A stretch of DNA of 16,585 bases, from NCBI GenBank assembly GCA_041497895.1, contig JBGQHJ010000112.1, positions 1 to 16,585 of the forward strand. Direction: 5' to 3'. The translations under genes were made by a program, and so were the position numbers. This stretch comes from Candidatus Methylomirabilia bacterium. GTDB lineage: Bacteria > Methylomirabilota > Methylomirabilia > Rokubacteriales > CSP1-6. A model generated the notes under the pieces. It did no database searches. It had not been told where the DNA came from and was given only the letters and a program-made list of their open reading frames with translations. Each line of letters starts with the position of its first letter. Within the stretch, counting starts at the first letter, position 1. Below are positions 6,514 to 16,585 of the stretch, in pieces.

Positions 6514-8551
6514 GCGCGACCTCCACCGCCGCGTCGAACGCGGCCTGGCCGGCCGAGAAGCCGAAGACGTCGACCGCGTGGTCCGGCAGGCACGCCTCGC
6601 CCGAGGTCAGGCGGTTGAGCCCGTCCCAGCCGTCGCGCATCCACACCGTGGACGCGGGCACCCGGTCGGTGACGCGCGCCCGCGCCTGCATCTCCCCGCG
6701 CTCGTTGAACACCCGGATCGACGCGCCCTCGCCGACCCCGCGGGCCGCCGCGTCGGCGGGCGAGATCCAGAGCACCGGCTCGGGCTCGAGCGCGGCCAGC
6801 GTGGGCAGCGCGCGGCCGTGGTCGTAGAAGCCGTGGAAGTGCGCGAGGGTCCGCCCCTGGCGCAGCACCAGCGGGTACGACGACGCGGGCAGCGGCTCGT
6901 GGACCGGCAGCGGCGGCAGGCCCAGATCGCGCGCGCGCGATGAGTAGAGCTCGACCTTGCCGGACGGGGTGGGAAAGACGAGGTCGGGGTGCCCGACGTG
7001 CGACACCCGCAGCGCGCGCATGCCACCCTCCGCGCGCAGCGCGGCCACCGTGGCGTGACCGGTGGCCGGATGGTCGAGGATGGCGTCGATGGGCCCCGCG
7101 TCGTCCGCCCACGGGTAGAAGTCGGCGATCCCGAGCCGCCGCGCGAGCTCGCGCAGCACCCACGCGCCGGTGCGCGCCTCACCGGCCGGGGCCAGCGCCG
7201 GCTCCATCAGGTAGAGATGGGTGTTGGTGGCCTTGCAGCCGAGCTCCTCGAGCCACGCGGTGCCGGGCAGCACCACGTCCGCGAAGCGCCGCCCGGTGTC
7301 GTTGAGGAAGAGATCGTGGGTGACGATCAGGTCCTGCCGGGCGAGCGCGCCCTCGACCCGCGCGCTGTCCGCGAACGAGGAGAGCATGTCGGTGCCGAAG
7401 AGGAGCAGCGCGCGCACGCGGCCGTCCTCGAGGGCCTCGGTGATCCGCGGCATCTGGTTCGGGACGTAGCGCCCGGACGGCCGCCGCGCGAGCTCCGCGA
7501 TGTCGGCCAGGCCGTGGCCGTGCCCCTTGCTGCCGTGCCGCGGCCCGAGGCCGCCGCCCGCGATCCCCAGGTTCCCGGTGAGCGCGGGGAGGCAGGCCAC
7601 CGCGCGCGCGCCCTGCCAGCCGTTGGCGCCCTTGTGCATGCTGGAGCCGCCGAGCACGATCATGGCCGGCCGGCTCGTGGCGTAGCGCCGCGCGAGCGAC
7701 ACGATCACGGCCGCGTCCACCCCGGTGACCGAGGCGGCCCACTCCGGGGTGTGCCGCGCCACGTGCGCGGCGAGCGCCTCGAAGCCGACGGTGTGTCGCG
7801 CGACGAACTCGCGGTCGTGAAGCCCCTCGCCGATCAGCACGTGCATGATGCCGAGGGCGAGGGCCGCGTCGGTGCCGGGTCGCAGGATCAGCACCTCGTC
7901 GGACTGGGTGGCCGCCTCGGTGCGGCGCACGTCGATGGTGACGACGCGCGCGCCGCGGCGGCGCGCCTCGACGAGATGACGGCCGGTGTTCGGCTGGCTC
8001 GCCAGGTTGGCGCCCCAGAGCACGACGAGGCGCGAGTGCGCGCCCAGGTCTTCCTTGGTGTTGGTCTCGAGCGGCCCGGTCAGCCCGACGCCGAAGCCGC
8101 CGAGGCCCCAGCAGATCATGGTGGGCGCCCACCACTGGCAGCCCCAGAGGTTGGCGAAGCGGCGCAGCAGCTCCGAGTTGACGCGCACCCCGTAGTTGGT
8201 CGCGAAGAAGCCGTGCCCCGACCAGAGGCCGACCGCCTCGCGCCCCACCGCCCGCATGCGATCGGCGATGCGGTCGAGCGCCTCGTCCCAGCCGACCTCG
8301 CGCAGGGGCGCGTCGCGGCGGTCCCGCGCGAGGGGCCGGAGCAGCCGCCGCGGGTTGCCGATGATCTCGCGCGAGGCGTGGCCGCGCACGCACAGGAAGC
8401 CGCGGCTGTCCGGGTTGTCCGGATCGCCCGCGACCTCGACCGGCCGCCCGTCCTCGACCGTGACGAGCATGCCGCACAGGGTGGGATGGCAGTTCATCGG
8501 GCACATGGTGCGCACCGTCCGGCGGGCGACCGGCCCCGGCGCGACGGTCAC
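6506..8551 (-). CDS. Bis-MGD molybdopterin oxidoreductase (DMSO-reductase/MopB superfamily), cytoplasmic, substrate unknown, 681 aa
   Basis: N-terminal 4Fe-4S motif CPMNCHPTLC...GFLCVRG, GWDEALD, probable Cys ligand TMICWG, RPGTDAALALG, ADVVLPGTAWLE, FPTPSGKVEL and a C-terminal molybdopterin dinucleotide-binding domain (HFHGFY...ISPADAAARGVGEG...VFNERG). No Tat signal. The GTG start overlaps the upstream TGA. Confidence 0.92.
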   Translation of the reverse strand: MTVAPGPVARRTVRTMCPMNCHPTLCGMLVTVEDGRPVEVAGDPDNPDSRGFLCVRGHASREIIGNPRRLLRPLARDRRDAPLREVGWDEALDRIADRMRAVGREAVGLWSGHGFFATNYGVRVNSELLRRFANLWGCQWWAPTMICWGLGGFGVGLTGPLETNTKEDLGAHSRLVVLWGANLASQPNTGRHLVEARRRGARVVTIDVRRTEAATQSDEVLILRPGTDAALALGIMHVLIGEGLHDREFVARHTVGFEALAAHVARHTPEWAASVTGVDAAVIVSLARRYATSRPAMIVLGGSSMHKGANGWQGARAVACLPALTGNLGIAGGGLGPRHGSKGHGHGLADIAELARRPSGRYVPNQMPRITEALEDGRVRALLLFGTDMLSSFADSARVEGALARQDLIVTHDLFLNDTGRRFADVVLPGTAWLEELGCKATNTHLYLMEPALAPAGEARTGAWVLRELARRLGIADFYPWADDAGPIDAILDHPATGHATVAALRAEGGMRALRVSHVGHPDLVFPTPSGKVELYSSRARDLGLPPLPVHEPLPASSYPLVLRQGRTLAHFHGFYDHGRALPTLAALEPEPVLWISPADAAARGVGEGASIRVFNERGEMQARARVTDRVPASTVWMRDGWDGLNRLTSGEACLPDHAVDVFGFSAGQAAFDAAVEVAPA

Positions 8552-9249
8552 GACAGCCCGACCGAGCGGCGCGCCTTCGCCACGCTCGCCTCCAGCCGGC
8601 GATGGCCGTCGTCGCCGATGTCGCCCAGGTCCTTGGCGAAGCGCAGCATGGTCCGGATCTGGTTGAGAGCCCGGATCGCGTCGTGCTTCTCGCCGCTGGC
8701 CCCGCGCTGCATCGCGGTCAGGGCGGCCTGCTCGAGGTCTCGCCCCACCGACTCGCGGGCCACCGGCGAGAAGGCCCGGGTGGTCCGGAAGATCTCGAGC
8801 GCCAGGTCGTAGAGGAGATTCTGGGGCGACGCGGGCGCCGCGCCCTCGCTCGTCACGGGCGGCGCCGGCGTGGCCGGCACCTGGGCCATCATCTTCTCCA
8901 CCGCCCGGCTGAGGTAGGCGAAGTCCACCGGCTTCAGCGTGTAGTCGAAGGCCCCCATCTCGATGGTCTGCTTGGCGAGCTCGACGTCGTCGTTGGCGCT
9001 GATCATCAGGATTCCCACCTGCTGGTCGAAGCTGCGGATCCGCCGCAGGACCTCGACGCCGTCCATGCCCGGCATCCGCACGTCGAGCAGGACCACGCTC
9101 GGCTTCTCGAGATCGAGCTTGGTGAGCGCCTCGATGCCGCTGTGGGCCACCACGACCCGGTACCCGTGCTCGATCAGGTACTCGGCGAGCAGCTGCGCCA
9201 TCCTGGGCTCGTCGTCCACGACGAGGATCGAGCCGCGGTGCTCCGCCAT
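8548..9249 (-). CDS. Response regulator: receiver domain + Pro/Ala linker + four-helix-bundle (23S rRNA IVP / Avd-like) C-terminal domain, 233 aa
   Basis: Receiver motifs ILVVDDE, LLDVRMPGMDG (Asp56), ISA (Ser84) and YTLKP (Lys106). Linker PATPAPPVTSEGAAPASP. The helical C-terminus is LYDLALEIFRTTRAFSPVARESVGRDLEQAAL...LRFAKDLGDI. Confidence 0.85.
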   Translation of the reverse strand: MAEHRGSILVVDDEPRMAQLLAEYLIEHGYRVVVAHSGIEALTKLDLEKPSVVLLDVRMPGMDGVEVLRRIRSFDQQVGILMISANDDVELAKQTIEMGAFDYTLKPVDFAYLSRAVEKMMAQVPATPAPPVTSEGAAPASPQNLLYDLALEIFRTTRAFSPVARESVGRDLEQAALTAMQRGASGEKHDAIRALNQIRTMLRFAKDLGDIGDDGHRRLEASVAKARRSVGLS

Positions 9250-9273
9250 GCCTCGGCCGTGCCGGCGCCCGGC

Positions 9274-11952
<2,679 letters not shown>

Positions 11953-11961
11953 CGGAGCGAT

Positions 11962-11967
11962 ATTATA
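11962..11967 (-). promoter_or_regulatory. Putative sigma70 -10 element (TATAAT) for alaS
   Basis: Perfect TATAAT on the minus strand, containing the recX TAA stop and lying 9 nt upstream of the alaS ATG. No recognisable -35 and no SD at normal spacing. Confidence 0.5.
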
Positions 11968-12520
11968 CGCCGCCGTCCTCCTCCTCCGCGGCCGGGAGGT
12001 CATCCGCGCGGTCGGCCAGGAGGGTGCGGACCGCCTGGCGCACCGCCGAGGCGGGGTACCCGCGGCGGAGCAGGTAATCGGACAGGCGGGCGGCCGCCCG
12101 GCCGCCCGAGCCCCGGAGGAGGCCGGGGAGGCGCCGTCGCCCGGCCTCGAGCGCCCGGTCGGCCTCGCCCACCTCCTCGAACGCGGCCGAGATGGCGGCC
12201 TCCGCCATCTCGCGGGGGATGCCCTTAGCCAGGAGCTCCTGGCGGAGCCGTCGACTGCCGATCCGGCGGCCGCGGGCCCGGGCCTCGGCCCACCAGCGGG
12301 CGAAGGCCTGGTCGTCCACGTAGCCGCGGAGGGTGAGGTCGGCCACGACCGCATGGGCGACGTCGGCGGGCGCGCCCCGGCGGCGAAGGCGTCGGGTCAG
12401 CTCCCGCCCGCTCCAGGACTTGCGGGCCAAAAGATCGAAGGCCGCCAGTCTGGCGGCCTTCTCATCGAGCGCCGGCTGCGGGCGCGGCTCCCCGGGACGG
12501 CGGGCGCGGCGCCCCGGCAC
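11963..12520 (-). CDS. recX: Regulatory protein RecX, ~185 aa
   Basis: AFDLLARKSWSGRELTRRL, GYVDDQAFA, GSRRLRQELLAKGI and DYLLRRGY repeats. It occupies the canonical position between recA and alaS. The exact start is uncertain. Confidence 0.9.
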   Translation of the reverse strand: MPGRRARRPGEPRPQPALDEKAARLAAFDLLARKSWSGRELTRRLRRRGAPADVAHAVVADLTLRGYVDDQAFARWWAEARARGRRIGSRRLRQELLAKGIPREMAEAAISAAFEEVGEADRALEAGRRRLPGLLRGSGGRAAARLSDYLLRRGYPASAVRQAVRTLLADRADDLPAAEEEDGGV

Positions 12521-12526
12521 CGGAAT

Positions 12527-13738
12527 CTAGGCCCGCTTGACGAACGGGCTTCGCGCGGCCGGAGCGGCGGGTGCGGTGGCGCCGCTGAGGCTGGTGGGCT
12601 GGGCCGGGGGCGTGTGGGTGGAGGCGGTGTTGCTCCCGCCGGGGTGCTCCCACGTCATCTCGCCGGTGGAGAAGATGCCCTTGACCTTGAGATCGAAGTC
12701 GTCCGGGTTGGTCGCCGCGTCGCGCGCGGTTTCGTACGTGACCAGCTCCTCGCGATAGAGCTGCAGGAGCGACTGGTCGAACGTCTGCATGCCGTACTGG
12801 GCGGTGCCCGCGGCGATGACGCTCGGGATCTGCGGGGTCTTGTCCGCCTCCCGGATGCAGTCGCGGATGAGGCCGGTGGCGATCATGACCTCGACGGCGG
12901 GCACACGGCCTCGACCGTCGGCGCGCACGACCAGGCGCTGGGAGACGATGCCCTGGATGACCGAGGCGAGCTGGCCCCGGATCTGATCTTCCTGGTGCGG
13001 GGGGAACATCGAGATCATCCGGTTGATGGTTTCCGACGCGTTCAGGGTGTGGAGCGTGGAGAGCACCAGGTGACCGGTCTCCGCCGCGTGGAGGCCCACT
13101 TCCATGGTCTCCACGTCGCGCAGCTCGCCGACCAGCATGATGTCGGGGTCTTCACGGAGGGCGGCGCGCAGGGCCTGGGCGAAGTTCATCGAGTCATGGC
13201 CGATCTCGCGCTGGCTCATCACGCACTTCTTGTCCTGGTGCACGAACTCGATCGGGTCCTCGATCGTGACGATGTGATCGTTCCGGCTCCGGTTCATGAA
13301 GTCGATCATGGAGGCGAGGCTGGTCGACTTGCCGGAGCCGGTGATGCCGGTGACCAGGATCATCCCGCGGCGCTCCATCGAGAGTCGCTCGAGCACCTTG
13401 GGCAGGTGCAGCTCCTGGAAGGCGGGAATACGCTCCGGCACGTGCCGGAAGACGCCTCGCACCTCGCCCATCGCGAGGAAGAGGTTGCAGCGGAAGCGGC
13501 CGATCCCGGGCAGCATGTAGCCCAGGTCCATCTCGCGGCCCTCCATCAGCATGCCGACCCGGCGCTCGCCCAGAAGGCTCTCGGCCATCTTGTCGATGAA
13601 CTCGCGGGTGACCATCGGGAGGTCGTCCTGCACCTCGAGATGGCCGTGGATCCGCAAGATCGGCTTCGACCCGGACTTCAGGTGCAGGTCCGAGGCCTTG
13701 CGCTGCGCGGTCTCCGACAGCAGCTGCTGGAGTTCCAT
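12527..13738 (-). CDS. pilT: Type IV pilus retraction ATPase, PilT/PilU family, 403 aa
   Basis: ASDLHL, Walker A GITGSGKST, Asp box TIEDPIE, Walker B ALREDPDIMLVGELRD, His box TGHLVLSTLHT, AIRNLIRE-like LIRDCIRE and GMQTFDQSL. AGGAG SD overlaps the recA stop. Confidence 0.92.
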   Translation of the reverse strand: MELQQLLSETAQRKASDLHLKSGSKPILRIHGHLEVQDDLPMVTREFIDKMAESLLGERRVGMLMEGREMDLGYMLPGIGRFRCNLFLAMGEVRGVFRHVPERIPAFQELHLPKVLERLSMERRGMILVTGITGSGKSTSLASMIDFMNRSRNDHIVTIEDPIEFVHQDKKCVMSQREIGHDSMNFAQALRAALREDPDIMLVGELRDVETMEVGLHAAETGHLVLSTLHTLNASETINRMISMFPPHQEDQIRGQLASVIQGIVSQRLVVRADGRGRVPAVEVMIATGLIRDCIREADKTPQIPSVIAAGTAQYGMQTFDQSLLQLYREELVTYETARDAATNPDDFDLKVKGIFSTGEMTWEHPGGSNTASTHTPPAQPTSLSGATAPAAPAARSPFVKRA

Positions 13739-13750
13739 CGTTGCTCGCTC

Positions 13751-14800
<1,050 letters not shown>

Positions 14801-14885
14801 GCTGATCTCCTCGACTGGGCGTGGAAGGAGCCCTGGCGGGCTCGAGGGGTAGACAGAAACACGCGGTAGTTCAACAAGTTCTCCC

Positions 14886-14915
14886 ATGATACGGGCGCGC
14901 CCTGATCAAAGTCAA
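14886..14915 (-). promoter_or_regulatory. Putative sigma70 promoter P1 of the recA operon
   Basis: Minus strand TTGACT-N18-TATCAT, ~85 nt upstream of the recA ATG, in a relatively AT-rich intergenic region. Confidence 0.6.
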
Positions 14916-14942
14916 CGCAGGCGCCCGTCTCGCTCGAGCTGC

Positions 14943-14972
14943 AGTGTGAGACGCCGGCGCGCGCGGTGTCAA
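14943..14972 (-). promoter_or_regulatory. Putative second sigma70 promoter P2 of the recA operon
   Basis: Minus strand TTGACA-N18-CACACT (perfect -35, weaker -10). Confidence 0.4.
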
Positions 14973-15073
14973 TGTCCTCACTCCGATACGCCGCCCGTCG
15001 TCGTCGTGACGTTTGCCGCGTCGCGAGCCACGCGCGAGGCTGAATCGGCGGCGAGTTGCGCCGCTCCGTCGCG

Positions 15074-15089
15074 TGGCACGTGCGTTGCT
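15074..15089 (+). promoter_or_regulatory. Sigma54 (RpoN) -24/-12 promoter
   Basis: TGGCACG-TGCG-TTGCT matches the TGGCACG-N4-TTGCW consensus exactly. It lies in an intergenic region 27 nt upstream of the glycosyltransferase ATG. Confidence 0.8.
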
Positions 15090-15116
15090 CCATCCATGGA
15101 ACCCACGACTCCCGCG

Positions 15117-16585
15117 ATGAAGATCCTTGTCACGAACTACGACCTGAACCACTACGCCGGCACCGAGACGTTCATCTACGCGCTGGCGGTGGAGCTGCAG
15201 CGCACCGGACACGAGGTCGCCTGCTTCAGCCCGCGCCTCGGCGCGGTCGCGCAGCGGCTGGCCGCGGCCGGCATCGCGGTCACCGGTGACCTGAGCAGCG
15301 CTCCCGACGACATCGACGTCATCCACGCCCACCACCGCTACGAATCGCTGCTCGCCCGCGCCCGCTATCCCGACCGGCCGATGATCTTCGTCTGTCACGG
15401 CGTCCTCCCCTGGCAGGAGCAGCCGATCTCGCCCGGGCTCGGCGTCACCCGCTACGTCGCGGTGAGCGAGGAGACGCGCGACCACCTGGTACGGCGGCAC
15501 CGGGTGGCGGAGGGAGACGTGGTGATCGTCCGGAACGGCCTCGACCTGGATCGGTTCCAGGCCCGGACGCCGGTGGCCGCGCGCCCGCGCCGGGCTCTCG
15601 TCCTCTCGAACTACATGCCGGCCGAGCAGCGGGCGCAGGTTCGCCGGGTCTGCCGCGGATTCGGCATCACCCTACGCGAGGTTGGCGCGCGGAACGCCCT
15701 CTGGGCGGTGGAGGACCAGATCAACGGCGTCGACCTGGTCTTCGCGCTGGGCCGGAGCGCGCTCGAGGCGATGGCCTGCCGGCGCCTCGTGGTGGTCTAC
15801 GACTACAACGGGGGCGACGGCCTCGTCACGCCGGAGCGGTTCGAGCTGCTGCGGCAACGCAACTTCTCGGGCCGGACCCACGCGCGACGGTTCAGCGACG
15901 CCGAGCTGGCCGCCGAGATCGCCGGGTACGACCCGGCCATCGCCGAGGGCGTCCACGCCTTCATCGCTCGCGATCACGACATCCGTCAGATGGCCCGGCA
16001 GTTCGTCGGCCTCTACGAGGAAGCCCGGCACCGGCCCCTGCGCTCCCCCGCCCGCGCCGGCGCCATCGGGCAGTACCATGCCCTCACCGCGGTCCTCGAC
16101 GACATCGCGGCGCTGCGCGCGGCCGCGGAGGGGGCGGAAGGCTCGCTGCGGGACATCCGCCAGAGCCGGTCCTGGCGGGTCATGGGCACGTACCGCACGC
16201 TGCGGGCAGGGCTGCGGCGCCTCGGGCGACGCCGGGATCAGCGAGCGCCCGCCCGGATCCTCGTGATCGACGACGACCCGCTGGTCGGGCAGTGGCTGAC
16301 CGACGTGCTCGCCGCCGAGGGCCACCAGGTGGAGACGGTGGACAGCGGCCGGGCCGGGCTCGAGCGGCTACGCGGGGGCGCCTTCGATCTGGTGCTGACC
16401 GATCTGAGGATGCCGGACGTGGACGGGATCGGGCTCTACCAGGAGCTGGAGCGGACCCAGCCCCGGATGGCGCAGCGCGTGATCTTCGTCTCCGGCAACA
16501 CGCGCGAGCCCCGCTATCAGCGGTTCCTGGCCGGGCTCGAGGACCGCAACCTCTCCAAACCGTTCGACATCAACCAGCTCACCCG
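15117..16585 (+). CDS. GT-B fold (GT4-like) glycosyltransferase fused to a C-terminal response-regulator receiver domain (3' end runs off the window)
   Basis: Not in the ORF track because it has no stop. Manual translation: MKILVTNYDLNHYAGTETFIYALAVELQRTGHEV...DVIHAHH...YVAVSEE...IVRNGLDLDRF...DLVFALGRSALEAMACRRLVVVYD, then ...IRQSRSWRVM..., then RILVIDDDP...DLVLTDLRMPDVDG...IFVSG...LSKPFD. All in one frame with no stop. Confidence 0.85.
   Translation, partial: MKILVTNYDLNHYAGTETFIYALAVELQRTGHEVACFSPRLGAVAQRLAAAGIAVTGDLSSAPDDIDVIHAHHRYESLLARARYPDRPMIFVCHGVLPWQEQPISPGLGVTRYVAVSEETRDHLVRRHRVAEGDVVIVRNGLDLDRFQARTPVAARPRRALVLSNYMPAEQRAQVRRVCRGFGITLREVGARNALWAVEDQINGVDLVFALGRSALEAMACRRLVVVYDYNGGDGLVTPERFELLRQRNFSGRTHARRFSDAELAAEIAGYDPAIAEGVHAFIARDHDIRQMARQFVGLYEEARHRPLRSPARAGAIGQYHALTAVLDDIAALRAAAEGAEGSLRDIRQSRSWRVMGTYRTLRAGLRRLGRRRDQRAPARILVIDDDPLVGQWLTDVLAAEGHQVETVDSGRAGLERLRGGAFDLVLTDLRMPDVDGIGLYQELERTQPRMAQRVIFVSGNTREPRYQRFLAGLEDRNLSKPFDINQLT

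Noticed and set aside
8548..8823. Diversity-generating retroelement suggested by the Avd-like domain
   Set aside because: No reverse transcriptase and no template/variable repeat pair differing at adenines was seen in the window.
11953..12354. 134-aa N-terminal extension of AlaS in the ORF track
   Set aside because: It overlaps recX in another frame. Canonical AlaS begins at MTGSEIR (11952).
14869..14881. Canonical LexA box
   Set aside because: The spacing and orientation (GTTC-N5-GTTC) do not match the known boxes I recall. It is kept only as a speculative finding.

Overview
Very GC-rich bacterial DNA (visually ~70-75% GC). The gene style and synteny suggest Methylomirabilota/Rokubacteria or a deltaproteobacterium-like organism, but this is only an inference. 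Nearly the whole window (1-14800) is one tightly packed minus-strand gene string: recA, pilT-family ATPase, recX, alaS, a response regulator with an unusual four-helix-bundle/Avd-like C-terminus, an orphan bis-MGD molybdopterin oxidoreductase, HAD phosphatase, nucleotidyltransferase, an ATP-grasp protein with inositol-phosphate-kinase-like (ITPK1-like) motifs, class-III aminotransferase, Gfo/Idh/MocA dehydrogenase, a CDP-alcohol phosphotransferase with a degenerate NTP-transferase domain, and a CopD-family membrane protein (truncated by the window). Divergently, a consensus sigma54 promoter precedes a plus-strand GT-B glycosyltransferase fused in frame to a C-terminal receiver domain (runs off the window). 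The most interesting candidate system is the six-gene, translationally coupled block at 718-6513. It has the enzyme set to make, phosphorylate, CDP-activate and transfer an amino-cyclitol/amino-polyol head group (possible novel amino-inositol lipid or phosphodiester). The two unusual receiver-domain fusions are also notable. No rRNA, tRNA, CRISPR array or mobile element was seen. All family calls come from manual motif recognition; no database search was run.
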